Shown: positions 36,528-47,117, counted from the first letter of the stretch. The stretch: 64,000 nucleotides of DNA from an uncultured delta proteobacterium (GCA_963804165.1 CAWDPO010000046.1:224001-288000); one strand, 5' to 3'. The notes: generated from the sequence alone by a model not told the origin. Numbers and translations: made by a program.

Positions 36528-38012
36528 ATGGGTAAACCGACTGGCTTTATGGAATATGAGCGCGAGCTACCCGAAGATCGCTCGCCGCTGGAACGGGTAA
36601 AGGACTGGAACGAGTTCCATGAACATTTCTCGGAAGAAAAGTTGCGCCATCAGGGCGCGCGCTGCATGGATTGCGGTATTCCGTTTTGCCATACCGGCCA
36701 ATTGATCAGCGGCATGGCTTCCGGTTGTCCAGTTAATAATTTAATTCCCGAGTGGAACGATCTCGTCTATCGCGGTCTTTGGCAAGAAGCGCTCAAGCGC
36801 TTACATAAGACGAACAACTTTCCGGAGTTCACTGGCCGCGTGTGTCCGGCGCCTTGTGAAGGCTCTTGCGTGCTCGGGCTAAACGAGCTGCCGGTCACGA
36901 TCAAAAACCTCGAGTGCGCGATTATCGATAACGGTTTCGCGCAAGGGTGGGTGAATCCCGACCCGCCCGAAAAGCGCACCGGGAAAAAAGTTGCCGTTAT
37001 CGGTTCGGGCCCGGCCGGTCTGGCGTGCGCGGACCAGCTCAATCGCGCGGGCCACATGATTACTGTCTACGAACGCGCCGACCGGATCGGTGGCCTGCTC
37101 ACGTACGGCATTCCCAACATGAAGCTCGACAAGACGATCGTGCAACGGCGTGTTGATTTAATGGCCGCGGAGGGCGTGGAGTTCATAACCAACGCTCATA
37201 TCGGAGTAGATCTGCCGGCGGCGAAATTGAAAAATGATTTCGATGCGGTGGTCATTTGCACCGGCGCCACCAAGGCGCGGGATTTACCGATTCCCGGGCG
37301 CGAGCTCAAGGGAATTCATATGGCCATGGAATTTCTTCTAGCCAACACGAAGAGCTTGCTCGACTCACAACGCCAGGATGGCAAATTCATCTCGGCCAAA
37401 GACAAGCATGTGATCGTGGTCGGTGGTGGAGATACTGGAACCGACTGTGTCGGCACGGCGATGCGGCACGGCTGTAAAAGCTTGACCCAATTGGAAATCT
37501 TACCGCGCCCTCCAGATACGCGCCAGCCCGACAATCCGTGGCCGGAATGGCCGAAAGTTTACAAGCTCGATTACGGCCAAGAAGAGGCCGCCGCCCGGTT
37601 TGGCGCGGACCCCCGCGTCTATCTGACCACGGGTGAAAAGTTCGTTGGCGACGACGCTGGCAACGTCAAAGAACTGCATATCTACGACGTCGAGTGGACG
37701 CGGAACGAACAGGGCGCATTTGTCCCAAGGCGAGTTCCAGCTTCCGAAAGAGTTTTGGCAGCGGAATTGGTTTTACTTGCGATGGGCTTCCTGGGACCGG
37801 AAGATACAGTGCTAACGCAGCTCCGCGTGGATCGCGATCCTCGGTCCAACGCCAGAGCCGAATACGGTCAGTTTGCCACGAACGTGCCGGGAATTTTTGC
37901 GGCGGGCGACTGCCGCCGCGGTCAGAGTCTGGTTGTTTGGGCGATCAACGAAGGGCGCGGCGCCGCGCGTGAGTGCGATCGCTTCCTCATGGGCGGAACG
38001 AATTTGCCGTAA
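36528..38012 (+). CDS. gltD: Glutamate synthase small subunit
   Basis: [44 protein letters not shown]. Confidence 0.96.
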   Translation: MGKPTGFMEYERELPEDRSPLERVKDWNEFHEHFSEEKLRHQGARCMDCGIPFCHTGQLISGMASGCPVNNLIPEWNDLVYRGLWQEALKRLHKTNNFPEFTGRVCPAPCEGSCVLGLNELPVTIKNLECAIIDNGFAQGWVNPDPPEKRTGKKVAVIGSGPAGLACADQLNRAGHMITVYERADRIGGLLTYGIPNMKLDKTIVQRRVDLMAAEGVEFITNAHIGVDLPAAKLKNDFDAVVICTGATKARDLPIPGRELKGIHMAMEFLLANTKSLLDSQRQDGKFISAKDKHVIVVGGGDTGTDCVGTAMRHGCKSLTQLEILPRPPDTRQPDNPWPEWPKVYKLDYGQEEAAARFGADPRVYLTTGEKFVGDDAGNVKELHIYDVEWTRNEQGAFVPRRVPASERVLAAELVLLAMGFLGPEDTVLTQLRVDRDPRSNARAEYGQFATNVPGIFAAGDCRRGQSLVVWAINEGRGAARECDRFLMGGTNLP

Positions 38013-38186
38013 GTACCCGCATGGTCAACTTGACAAAGGACGTGCCGACGACCGCAGCTTCGCGCAAGTTCGAGGCGGCATGACCAGATCTTGGTCGTCG
38101 ATGATATAGCCACATTTCTCGAAATTCTCTAACGTTCTTAAAACTCCTCGACGGTATTATTAAGTTGCCCTTTACCAATGGCACCT

Positions 38187-38232
38187 GTCGGGAACGCGAC
38201 TTTCCCGACTTGACACTGTGTCAGTGATGTCA
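38187..38232. promoter_or_regulatory. Tandem palindromes, putative enhancer (UAS) for a sigma-54 activator
   Basis: GTCGGGAA-N7-TTCCCGAC (38187-38209) and TGACAC-T-GTGTCA (38211-38223), 75-110 nt upstream of the -24 box. Confidence 0.5.
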
Positions 38233-38296
38233 AAATCGAGGCCAATAGGGTGTCCAATTACACCGATTTACGGTCGTAACTAGTCTATTTTGGGCA

Positions 38297-38312
38297 TGGC
38301 ACTGGCGTTGCT
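38297..38312 (+). promoter_or_regulatory. Sigma-54 (-24/-12) promoter
   Basis: Consensus match TGGCAC-TGGCG-TTGCT. Confidence 0.75.
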
Positions 38313-38367
38313 TTAGGTAGCATGCGGAGGAATTAATTCTAGACGCGATATCGCGATAAAAATTAAC

Positions 38368-38477
38368 TCGCCTGAAAAAGCCGAACTCTCCGGGAAGGGA
38401 GGGCGGAAAGCCCCGGGTCCAGCGGCTGTCGGCGCTAGCGCTAAGCCGAGTCCGACTGCCGAGCCGGCCGAAAGCGA
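38368..38477 (+). ncRNA. Cyclic di-nucleotide riboswitch, c-di-GMP-I (GEMM) class
   Basis: P1 TCGC/GCGA; GCCGAAC-TCTCC-GGGA(GNRA)-AGGGA-GGGCGG-AAAG junction; P3 GCCCCGGGTC...GACTGCCGAGC; 3' GCCGAA; layout resembles deltaproteobacterial GEMM-I RNAs. Confidence 0.7.
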
Positions 38478-38513
38478 TGAGACTGAGGAAAACAGAACAC
38501 TCGGAGTTGCACT

Positions 38514-39197
38514 ATGAAACAAAATACCGCTCAGGTCGCGGAATCAATGGTTACCGTGGATCGTGATCAACTAGACAAAGTAAACGGCTCAGCCGCCGCC
38601 GATGTTCGGGGTTTCGCGAAACAGCTACGCGCTTTGGGACAGGCGCTGGAGAAATTCAAATTCTCCGCCTTCGATCTCCAGTTGCAAAGCGGCATATACG
38701 TTGTTACCGGAAGAGCCGCAACGGCGGAGCAGATAAAGTTTTCGTTTTCCCGATTCATGCGCGAATTGTTCGAGGGCGTGATGCCACGGACCACACATAC
38801 GTACACCCAAGACCAGATGGACTTACGCTTTTCACTCGAGGAGATCGAGCGGTTCGACGTGCGCGGCCGGGTAAAGCGCCAGGACTCAAACAAGATGCCC
38901 GACCCTTATAGTATCTCGCAAATCTTGCGTGGTGCGGGTGCTTATCTGGACAATCGCGAGGTCGCGAACCTCTCTGCAATTTCGTTGCGCGGCAAATGGG
39001 TGACAGTGGCGTATGAGAGCCCCGAAGGCCGATTGGAGCAAGCCAAACAAGATTTAGAATACTTTTACGACTACTGGGTAAGGATGTATATGCGCCGCAG
39101 CAATCGCGTAAAGGTACCGGCGCCCAGCGAACCGACGCTTTTCGTGACGTGGGAAGGAATCCAAAAAGCCCACAGGCTCACGAACGTTCCTGGATGA
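38514..39197 (+). CDS. Uncharacterised protein with internal duplication (LRxxGxxL[ED] twice); paralog of 59530-60036
   Basis: GGAG RBS; LRALGQALE and LRGAGAYLD halves; homologous to the second copy in the window. Confidence 0.75.
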   Translation: MKQNTAQVAESMVTVDRDQLDKVNGSAAADVRGFAKQLRALGQALEKFKFSAFDLQLQSGIYVVTGRAATAEQIKFSFSRFMRELFEGVMPRTTHTYTQDQMDLRFSLEEIERFDVRGRVKRQDSNKMPDPYSISQILRGAGAYLDNREVANLSAISLRGKWVTVAYESPEGRLEQAKQDLEYFYDYWVRMYMRRSNRVKVPAPSEPTLFVTWEGIQKAHRLTNVPG

Positions 39198-39537
39198 TTT
39201 CAAATATATTGCGTCCTATCATGGGCGAATCGGTATCCCCGGCCTCCATAGAATCACCCTGGGTGTTTCTTAGCTTCACGTTGCGCGCCATTATCATCCG
39301 GCGGCATGAGCCGCGATGACTTGATATCGCCTTTATCTCGATCGAAGCGCTCTTCAGTTGACAATTTAGAAGATCGGTTGTTATGTTTCGCAAGGCTTGG
39401 GAGCATGCGATCGATGCATTGTAAGTTGGCCGCGCGCAGGTTCTGCCAGGTGATTGCTCGCGCGCTCGGTAATTGGGAATAGGTTTTAGCTCGCGCTGTC
39501 GTCCCACGTCTGTACATTCAAAAGTAGAAGGATTGTG

Positions 39538-40389
39538 ATGGCTCAATATTCGATGAAATGGCCGAATAATGCTCGCGTTGCGTTTGTGCTCGGCATCGCG
39601 TTGGAAGCATGGGATCGGACGAAGCCGACACAGGGAGCCGCCCTGCAGTCGCCGCTGCCCAAAGACGCGCTTTACAAATGGGACTGGTCCACGGAAACTT
39701 TCCGAGACTTCGGCCCGAAGATCGGCATGAAGCGACTCCTCGATATCTGCGACCAATACAAGCTCAAAGTCAGTATTCCGTTAAACGGCCTGACGTGCGT
39801 CTACTATCCCGACCTGGTGAAAGATTGTTACGAACGCGGGCACGAGCTGGTCGCGCACGGTTGGGAAATGGGCGAACGCCTTTATATGTTAACGCGCGAA
39901 CAGGAGCGCGACAATATTCTAAAAACTATCGATGCGATTGTAAGAGTCACGGGCGAACGTCCCACCGGTTGGTCATCGCCCGGTGTGCGTCCGAGCGACA
40001 ATACGGTCGAGCTCCTGGTGGAAACCGGGTTGGAGTACCACTGCGATTTTCACGACGATGAGATGCCCTATCCGATCTGGGCGGGCGATAAGCTTCTAGT
40101 CGAGTTTCCGCACCAATACACGATCAACGATCATCGAACTCAGGAAGAGGGTACGCGCCACGAATTCTTTGAGAAATTCAAAGACGAGTTTGATTACCGT
40201 TACAAAATCGGCGATGCGAACCCGACGATGATGAACGTAATCACCCATGCTTACCTGAGCTCGCGCATTCCCTTGATCGATACATTCGAGCAGATCGTCG
40301 CTTATGCGACGAGTCATAAGGACGTATGGCTGGCCCGTCGCGGCGATGTAGCGGCATGGGCGCGTAAGCAGTTCTTGGCGAACCGATAA
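39538..40389 (+). CDS. Polysaccharide deacetylase (PuuE/allantoinase-like) family protein
   Basis: WPNNARVA, GHELVAHG, PTGWSSPG, DDEMPY, NDH. Confidence 0.85.
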   Translation: MAQYSMKWPNNARVAFVLGIALEAWDRTKPTQGAALQSPLPKDALYKWDWSTETFRDFGPKIGMKRLLDICDQYKLKVSIPLNGLTCVYYPDLVKDCYERGHELVAHGWEMGERLYMLTREQERDNILKTIDAIVRVTGERPTGWSSPGVRPSDNTVELLVETGLEYHCDFHDDEMPYPIWAGDKLLVEFPHQYTINDHRTQEEGTRHEFFEKFKDEFDYRYKIGDANPTMMNVITHAYLSSRIPLIDTFEQIVAYATSHKDVWLARRGDVAAWARKQFLANR

Positions 40390-40425
40390 GTCCCGTCAAG
40401 TATCTCGGTTAAAAGCCAACCGGAG

Positions 40426-41397
40426 CTACTTGATCCAGAGATTGTTCAGATCGCCGATATTCGGCAGCAGGCCCAATGAAATTCCCGACTGCAAAATTTT
40501 GTTTTGTGACTGGAAGAAGCCCTCGCCCCACTTATCGGCAAAGTTGGCTTTGTTCTGCTTCAGCCCTGCGGCGATCTCTTCCGGCGTGCTCAAATTGAAA
40601 AGTTCCTTGGCTTTCACCTTGAAGAAGTCCTCGTCTTGACCCAATTTAATCACTTGGACCGCATCGATATAAGCGCTGCGTATGGCCTTGACCAGCACCG
40701 GCTGTTTTTCTACGGTCTCCCTGAGCATACCTACTGTCGATTTGAGTGGCGGCGCGCCAAAGATATTCTCGAGCTCGATGTCGAAATCGGCGAGCACGCG
40801 ATACTTGCCGGACATCACCAATCTCGTCGTGTGCGGCTCGAACATGTTGATCGCCTCCACTTCGCCGCGTTCTAAAAGCGCGATCAGGGCGCCGGTTTCA
40901 GCGGGCACGTTTTGAAAATCTTTCTCGATGTCGAGCTTCTGCTCCTTTGCTATTACGGCGGAAAAAAAATAGGCGCCGGTGACACGTGCGAAGTTGCCGA
41001 TCTTTTTGCCCTTGAGGTCGCCGAAAGATTTGTACGGCGCGTCCTTACGCACTACCCAGGAGTTGCCGGACCATATTTGCGGCGTGATCAAACGAATATC
41101 CGTGCCGCTCTTGACCAGATTGACCGCGGTGCTCGGTTGCATGGCGCTCGCCACGGTGCGGCCGAGCTTTACCGCATTCGCCGCTTCGGTGAAGTCCATC
41201 ATCATGTTATTGATCTTAATGCCGTATTTGGTGTCGAGCTTTTTGCTTTCAATCAGGGCGGCGATGTAACCCGACTGGCCGGCGGCGCTGGTGGCGATAT
41301 TCACTGTCGGCAGCGCCTGGCCGGCAAGCGCCGGCGCGCCGAGACCTGATGCCAACAAACAAAAAAGCATGGCCGAATAATCCCGTCTCGTCATCAT
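40426..41397 (-). CDS. ABC transporter substrate-binding protein (SsuA/TauA/NMT1 type)
   Basis: Signal peptide, DLKGKKIG, LERGEVEA; in an operon with ATPase and permease. Confidence 0.85.
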   Translation of the reverse strand: MMTRRDYSAMLFCLLASGLGAPALAGQALPTVNIATSAAGQSGYIAALIESKKLDTKYGIKINNMMMDFTEAANAVKLGRTVASAMQPSTAVNLVKSGTDIRLITPQIWSGNSWVVRKDAPYKSFGDLKGKKIGNFARVTGAYFFSAVIAKEQKLDIEKDFQNVPAETGALIALLERGEVEAINMFEPHTTRLVMSGKYRVLADFDIELENIFGAPPLKSTVGMLRETVEKQPVLVKAIRSAYIDAVQVIKLGQDEDFFKVKAKELFNLSTPEEIAAGLKQNKANFADKWGEGFFQSQNKILQSGISLGLLPNIGDLNNLWIK

Positions 41398-42155
41398 AAT
41401 TCGTCATCCTCCTTCAGACTCACTTTGGTTTCCAGCTCGGCAGCAAAATTATAAATCTCCGGGCACCAGCGACGCGGAGAAGGCAGCGGATTGGTCACGT
41501 AGGCATCGAGACGCGCCGGTCGGTTGGTCAGCGTGACAACGTAATCGCTCATATAGGCCGCTTCGGCGAGATTGTGCGTGACGAAAAGAACCGTGCGGTG
41601 CAATTGCTCACAGAGGCGCCGCGTCGTCTGGCGAAGTTTGCGCGCCGTAAGCTCATCGACGCTGGCGAAGGGTTCGTCCATGAGGACGATGTCGGACTCG
41701 ATTGCCAATGCGCGGGCTAAGCCGACGCGTTGGCGTTGGCCGCCGGAAAGATAGAGCGGAAATTGGTTGACGTATTCTTCGAGTCCGACAAGCCGCAGAT
41801 AGTGAGCGACACGCGACTCCCACTCGCTGTGAGCAACGCCGGCGGCTTTCAAGACGAGGCAAATGTTTTCGCCGATCGTTTTCCACGGCAGCAGGCGCGG
41901 GCTTTGAAACACGTAGCCAATGAGCGGCCGTGGTTGACTCCTGCCTGCGGTGAGAAATAGGAGATCGCCGCTGTCGAGTTTTTCCAGTCCGACGATGGAA
42001 TTGAGCAGGGTCGATTTGCCGCAGCCGGATGGCCCGATCAGAACCGTCACGCAGCCCTCGTGCGCTTCGAAGGACAGCCGGTCAATGACTTTCAGCGGCT
42101 GACCATCCTCGCGGCGAAACCACTTCTCCGCGTCCTGAACCAAAAGCTCGGCCAC
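41394..42155 (-). CDS. ABC transporter ATP-binding protein (SsuB/TauB type)
   Basis: GPSGCGKST, LSGGQRQRV, MDEPFASVD. Confidence 0.92.
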   Translation of the reverse strand: MAELLVQDAEKWFRREDGQPLKVIDRLSFEAHEGCVTVLIGPSGCGKSTLLNSIVGLEKLDSGDLLFLTAGRSQPRPLIGYVFQSPRLLPWKTIGENICLVLKAAGVAHSEWESRVAHYLRLVGLEEYVNQFPLYLSGGQRQRVGLARALAIESDIVLMDEPFASVDELTARKLRQTTRRLCEQLHRTVLFVTHNLAEAAYMSDYVVTLTNRPARLDAYVTNPLPSPRRWCPEIYNFAAELETKVSLKEDDEL

Positions 42156-43019
42156 CTAACGTCTCCAAACGTCGATTTTCGGGCGCCAAGCCGTGAGGCG
42201 TCGCTCGGCGAAGTTGATGATGCCGTATTCGATCACGATCATCGCGACCACGAACGTGAGCGTCCAGGCGATGACCCCTTCCATGTTGAAGACTTGATAG
42301 GATTTCATCACTTGATAGCCGACGCCGTTGCTGGTGCCGAACATTTCCACGACCACGACGACTTTCCAGGCAAGTCCTAAGCCATAGCGCGTCGCGGCAA
42401 AAATATTCGGCACTAGTTGCGGCAGGATGACCTGAGAGATCTTCATCCACTTGGTAAAATGAAAGACGTGGCTCATATCCATGAGCTCTTTATCGAGGGA
42501 TTTTACTCCCGCCCAGATGTTGATGACCAGCATGGGAAAAATCGTGACCGTCACGGCGAAGTAGGGAGAAAACTCATTGATGCCGAAGAGCATGACGGCG
42601 ATCAGCGCCCACATCAAACCGGGGATGGTTAGCCCGAGCACGACCAAGGGCTGAAAGAAACGTTCACCCATGACGACCGTACCCATATAAATGCCGACGC
42701 CGACGCTGAAGAACATCGCGATCACCGCACCGACGAATACCCGCCGCAAGCTTTGATACATATGGAAAAAGAACGTGCCGTCCGAAACCAACCGGGTCGC
42801 TTCCCGAACCGTGCTCAGCGGACTGGGCAACAGGCGCGGATAGATCGCCCAGAGTGCCCACCAGACGAGGACCACGCTTGATACGGCCAGCAGCGGCGGC
42901 AAAAGGCGTGCAGTCAAAGCGTGCGCCGAAGAGCTGGCGAAGGGCGGCACCGTTTCTGCGCCGGCGACGCCCGCACTTTGCCCCGCCATGGTTGCTTGGT
43001 TGTTTTGCTCGAAGGCCAT
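42156..43019 (-). CDS. ABC transporter permease (SsuC/TauC type)
   Basis: LPSP, SLRRV, EAA-like loop, AWKVVVVVEM. Confidence 0.9.
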   Translation of the reverse strand: MAFEQNNQATMAGQSAGVAGAETVPPFASSSAHALTARLLPPLLAVSSVVLVWWALWAIYPRLLPSPLSTVREATRLVSDGTFFFHMYQSLRRVFVGAVIAMFFSVGVGIYMGTVVMGERFFQPLVVLGLTIPGLMWALIAVMLFGINEFSPYFAVTVTIFPMLVINIWAGVKSLDKELMDMSHVFHFTKWMKISQVILPQLVPNIFAATRYGLGLAWKVVVVVEMFGTSNGVGYQVMKSYQVFNMEGVIAWTLTFVVAMIVIEYGIINFAERRLTAWRPKIDVWRR

Positions 43020-43159
43020 TTATCGAATGGATCTCATAAAGAGTGCAACTTTGTAAATCGCCGATTATTTACTAAATTGCAACGGAGCGTTGACTTGACC
43101 GTTGGGCTTTGTTTAGGCTCGGTGCTGTTCGAGCCAGTCCGGCGGGGGGAGGAATCAAT

Positions 43160-44281
43160 ATGGCAATCGCCGAGAGCGTCTTCGAGGCGCGGCCGATCGA
43201 AGAAGTGAAGGAAGAGCTGCTTGGGCGGGCGAAGGGAAACCGAAACCCGTTTCTCTACACGATTTTTCAAGAGGTCGCGCCGGTGATCAATGGGCTGCAT
43301 TCCGTCGATAGGGAAGAATGGGCCAAAGCGTTCAGCGCGTTGGCGGCGGCGCACGAGGAGCGGGCCGCGCAGGCTGAAGCCAAGGGCGATAGCGATACCG
43401 CTCGCAGGGAATATTTGATTGCCTACGACTATAACCACGTGGCGCGGTATCCGGCACCGAATTCGCCCGGCAAACTGGTTGCGTACCGAAAGTCACAGGA
43501 ATTTTTTCACAAGGCGGCGCGGTATTTCGATCCGCCGCTCGAGAGGGTCGAGATGCCGTTTAACGGACGGACCGGGGAAGGGAAGGTTTCCGTCGGACTC
43601 CTGCGAAAACCCAAGGGTATTGCCAAGCCCCCGGTTGTCGTCGTCTGGGGCGGCATCGATGCCTTCAAAGAAGAGCGCGCCAGCGATCCATATCTAAAGG
43701 CCGGACTCGCCCCGCTTGCGATCGATATGCCCGGCGTGGCCGATGCGCCTCTTGCCGGCTCGGAGGATGCTGAGCGACTCTGGGATGCAGTTTTTGATTT
43801 CATCGCGAGTCGGTCGGACCTCGATTCGGTTCGCGTCGGTGTTCATGGCGGCAGCACGGGCGGCTATTGGGCGACGAAGGTCGCGCACACGCACGCAGCG
43901 CGATTGCGCGCCGCGGTGAACCAAGGCGGTCCGGCCCATTTCGCCTTTCAAAAGGATTGGATTGCCAAAGCCCAGCGCGGCGAGTATCCGTTCGAATTGG
44001 CCGAAACTTTGGCGTGCGCGTTCGGCCGCTCCACGGCTAAGGAATGGGTTGAATACGCACCGAAGCTTTCGCTGCTCGATCAAGGAATTCTCGACAAACC
44101 ATGCACGGCGCTTCTGTGCGTCAACGGCGTCAACGATAGCGTTTTTCCCATCGCCGACATGCATCTCTTGCTCGAACACGGCAGTCCGAAGGCGGCGCGT
44201 TTTTATCCGGGTGGCCATATGGGCGGCGGCAATGCACAGGCGGCGATCATTCAGTGGCTGAAGGAAAAATTGACTGCATGA
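43160..44281 (+). CDS. Alpha/beta hydrolase, FrsA/DUF1100 family
   Basis: GGIDAFKE, IDMPG, GGSTGG nucleophile elbow, GHMG. Confidence 0.8.
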   Translation: MAIAESVFEARPIEEVKEELLGRAKGNRNPFLYTIFQEVAPVINGLHSVDREEWAKAFSALAAAHEERAAQAEAKGDSDTARREYLIAYDYNHVARYPAPNSPGKLVAYRKSQEFFHKAARYFDPPLERVEMPFNGRTGEGKVSVGLLRKPKGIAKPPVVVVWGGIDAFKEERASDPYLKAGLAPLAIDMPGVADAPLAGSEDAERLWDAVFDFIASRSDLDSVRVGVHGGSTGGYWATKVAHTHAARLRAAVNQGGPAHFAFQKDWIAKAQRGEYPFELAETLACAFGRSTAKEWVEYAPKLSLLDQGILDKPCTALLCVNGVNDSVFPIADMHLLLEHGSPKAARFYPGGHMGGGNAQAAIIQWLKEKLTA

Positions 44282-44336
44282 GGGCGGAGCGAAAGGAAGG
44301 TGGCGCGGCGCCGTTTGTCAACCGCGTTATTGAGCG

Positions 44337-44369
44337 CCCTCATCCCTTCACTCTCCCAGAGGGCGAGGG
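44337..44369. repeat. CCCTC...GAGGG intergenic palindromic repeat (related copy near 57213)
   Basis: CCCTCATCCCTTCACTCTCCCAGAGGGCGAGGG between convergent genes; shares CTCCCAGAGGG with 57213-57227 (opposite strand). Confidence 0.45.
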
Positions 44370-44405
44370 TTCGCGAAAATCGATCCTGAAAGGACGACGT
44401 AATTT

Positions 44406-44915
44406 CTAGCGTAAATTCTGCTGCTGGCGCATGCGGTCCAAGTCCTGGTGGTTCTGATTGCGGCGAATTTGATCCTGCAGCGAATTAATCTGCTGTTGGC
44501 GCTGCAAGTCGTTCAATTGCTGCTGCTGGCGCAGTGGGTCGGGCTCGCGCTGAATTCGATTGATTTGCTGGTCGGTTTGCAGGCGCTGGAGCTGCTGATC
44601 GTTTCGCTGCTGATCCAGTTGGCGCTGAGCTTGATTGGTTTCAGGCTGGTTGGGCTGTGCCGGCTCGATTTTCCGCTGCTTGACTTGATCCAATTGGCGT
44701 TGTGACTGTGCGCTTTCCCGGTCGCGCCTGAGATTCTCGATTTGCTCCTGCCGTTGTAACTCCTTTGTTTTTACTTCGTTACGAGCCTTGGTTTGTTCCT
44801 GCAAGATTTCTTTGATCTGATCTTCGGCTGCCCATGTTCGCATGGGGACGATGACCAAGACGCTGACGATACACCAAGCCAACCCGGCCGCAGCGAATTT
44901 CATAGGAACTCTCAT
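44406..44915 (-). CDS. Secreted glutamine-rich low-complexity protein
   Basis: Hydrophobic N-terminus then repeated Q(R/Q)QL(D/N)xx(Q/K) helical units. Confidence 0.65.
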   Translation of the reverse strand: MRVPMKFAAAGLAWCIVSVLVIVPMRTWAAEDQIKEILQEQTKARNEVKTKELQRQEQIENLRRDRESAQSQRQLDQVKQRKIEPAQPNQPETNQAQRQLDQQRNDQQLQRLQTDQQINRIQREPDPLRQQQQLNDLQRQQQINSLQDQIRRNQNHQDLDRMRQQQNLR

Positions 44916-44932
44916 ACCTACATCAAAGCAAA

Positions 44933-45889
44933 CTAACGCGGCGATGGCAACATGGAGAAATCCACCAGTTTTTCGGCGTCGAGAGTTTCCGGCACCGGCC
45001 GTTCTTCGCGAAGCAAATTTAAATAGCCGCGCACTTTCTTTATATCGATACCACCGTCGGGCGAAAGGATGCTGACGATGGTCTCGTAAGAGCGTTCCGC
45101 CTCGCTTTGGCTGATTTTGTATCGCGCCGCAATCATTCTGACCGCTTCGGCGCGGTTGGCGCGCTGCCAGGCGACGGCCGCCATCACCGCCGCTATTGTG
45201 TTTCTGATTCGGTCGCGGTGGTCACGAATCTCAGTCTGGGAGGTGAACAGTCCGACGTAGGGAATGTCGGCGAGGTCGCCGAGAAAGAGAAATTTCTTAT
45301 AGCCCGATGACACTGCCTTTTCGTCGAACGGCGGACTCAAGACCGCGCCGGACACCTGATTCGTCGCGAGCGTCGCAAAGCTGTTCGAAGTTCCTCCGGT
45401 GGTGACAAGACTCACTTGTTTCTCGTCCAATCCGAGTTTTTTGAATCCCGCGCGCGCGAAATAATAGGGCGACGATCGGATGTCCGAGATAGCAATCTTT
45501 TTGCCGACGAGATCGTGGGCTTTGGAAATGTCCTTGGTCGTGACCAAGACCCACGGCGTATCGCGATAGAGCGACAGTACGACCACGAGCGGCAAACCGG
45601 CCACCGCGGCGTTGATCGCGGCTTGCGGCGAAGTGAAGAAGTTAATATTACCGTTGAGGATCGCTTGCGGGCCGATGGCGCTGCGCATCTGAATGTATTC
45701 GACGTCCAACCCCGCTTTTGCGTAAAAGCCTTTTTCTTTTGCAATGTCGAAGGGCAAGGTGGAAACGGCGGACGATGGATAGCCGATGCGGACTTTCTGC
45801 GGAGCGTCTGCTGGCCATGAAGATCGAGGCAATAGCATTCCTGCGAAAAAAAGCCAAAGCGCCACCAAGGAGTTTCTAGCCATCAACAA
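44933..45889 (-). CDS. ABC substrate-binding protein, NMT1/SsuA type (no adjacent permease)
   Basis: IAKEKGFYAKAGLDV, DLVGKKIAI. Confidence 0.8.
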   Translation of the reverse strand: MLMARNSLVALWLFFAGMLLPRSSWPADAPQKVRIGYPSSAVSTLPFDIAKEKGFYAKAGLDVEYIQMRSAIGPQAILNGNINFFTSPQAAINAAVAGLPLVVVLSLYRDTPWVLVTTKDISKAHDLVGKKIAISDIRSSPYYFARAGFKKLGLDEKQVSLVTTGGTSNSFATLATNQVSGAVLSPPFDEKAVSSGYKKFLFLGDLADIPYVGLFTSQTEIRDHRDRIRNTIAAVMAAVAWQRANRAEAVRMIAARYKISQSEAERSYETIVSILSPDGGIDIKKVRGYLNLLREERPVPETLDAEKLVDFSMLPSPR

Positions 45890-45903
45890 TTCTCGCGTTC
45901 CGA

Positions 45904-47037
45904 TTACATTCCGACGACGCCGTAATAGGCCGCGCAGTTATCCCAGAGAATTTTTCGCTTGTCTTCGTCAGTGAGCGGCAGTTGGAGAAAGCGCTCGACG
46001 GCTCTCGGATACTTGGTGTCCACATGAGGAAAGTCGGTGGAAAAAACCAGCCGCTCGTTGCCGAGGTAATCGACCGCGTATTTCACCGGCTCCTCGTCGC
46101 ATTCGACCGACGCATAGCACTGTCGCTTGAAATAATAGCTCGGCGGCTTCTTTAGCTCCGGCGCCCACTGGTCGCCATACAATTCCCAGTGTTCATCGAG
46201 ACGCCACATGAGGAAAGGCAGCCAACCGCAATTGCCTTCCAGAAACGCCACGCGCAGCTTTGGATGACGATCCAAAACTCCGCCGCCGCAGAAACTTCCC
46301 ACGGCGAGCATTTGCTCGACGGGATGCGAATAGGTGTGGCGCAGCATGAAATCGTAACCGAACTGCTCGCCAACCTGACGTGCCGCGGAATTGTTCGCTT
46401 CGTGAAAGCCCAGCGGCACCCCGAGACCCTCGAGAGTTGACCATAGGGATTCATAATAGTCGTCGTGCCAGTTGTGCCCATTGACGATGTTGGCCCGGAG
46501 AAAAATCGCGCGAAAACCCAGTTGCTCGACGCAGCGGCGCGTCTCGGCGATGGCGTCGTCGAGGTTGAAGGGCGAGATCATCCCCGCGCCGACGAGCTTG
46601 CTCGGATCAGCCTGGCAAAATTCGTAAAGCCAGTCGTTGTACGCGCGCGCCAGCGCGGCGGCGAATTCGCGATCCAAGTCCGGAATGCTGAGTACGTTCA
46701 GCCCGCGGCTCGGATAGAGAATCGCGAGATCTATCCCTTCTTCTGCCATCGCGTCGAGCTGGACTTGCGGCGACCAGCCACGCTCGTTGTGAGTTTTAAA
46801 CAGCTTCTGGTTCTTATGAAAAATGTGACCCGGCGGTGGCAGTGCTCCCGCCGGAGGATCGGCAGGACGCCCCCATGCCCGGCCGTCCGGGCCGACCAAA
46901 CGCAGATCGCGTACGTGATCGGTTGTGCCAATGGGAGCGAGGTGTCTAAATTTTTTATCGATGTAGCGCTGCCAGAGATCGGCGGGCTCGAGGATATGCA
47001 TGTCGCTGTCTAAAACCTTGAAACCGTTGTTTGCCAT
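45904..47037 (-). CDS. Amidohydrolase family protein (Amidohydro_2)
   Basis: DSDMH, AYNDW, RVAFLE, FSTDFPH. Confidence 0.88.
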   Translation of the reverse strand: MANNGFKVLDSDMHILEPADLWQRYIDKKFRHLAPIGTTDHVRDLRLVGPDGRAWGRPADPPAGALPPPGHIFHKNQKLFKTHNERGWSPQVQLDAMAEEGIDLAILYPSRGLNVLSIPDLDREFAAALARAYNDWLYEFCQADPSKLVGAGMISPFNLDDAIAETRRCVEQLGFRAIFLRANIVNGHNWHDDYYESLWSTLEGLGVPLGFHEANNSAARQVGEQFGYDFMLRHTYSHPVEQMLAVGSFCGGGVLDRHPKLRVAFLEGNCGWLPFLMWRLDEHWELYGDQWAPELKKPPSYYFKRQCYASVECDEEPVKYAVDYLGNERLVFSTDFPHVDTKYPRAVERFLQLPLTDEDKRKILWDNCAAYYGVVGM

Positions 47038-47053
47038 AGGTCACCTCGAAATT

Positions 47054-47080
47054 TGTTCAAGCCGTTCAAATCGTTCAAAC
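47054..47080 (+). repeat. 9-bp tandem repeat cluster (CGTTCAAAT-like), copy 1
   Basis: TGTTCAAGC CGTTCAAAT CGTTCAAAC. Confidence 0.65.
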
Positions 47081-47117
47081 AACTTAAGCTGTTTGGGCTC
47101 GCATCGGTGCCGAACGT

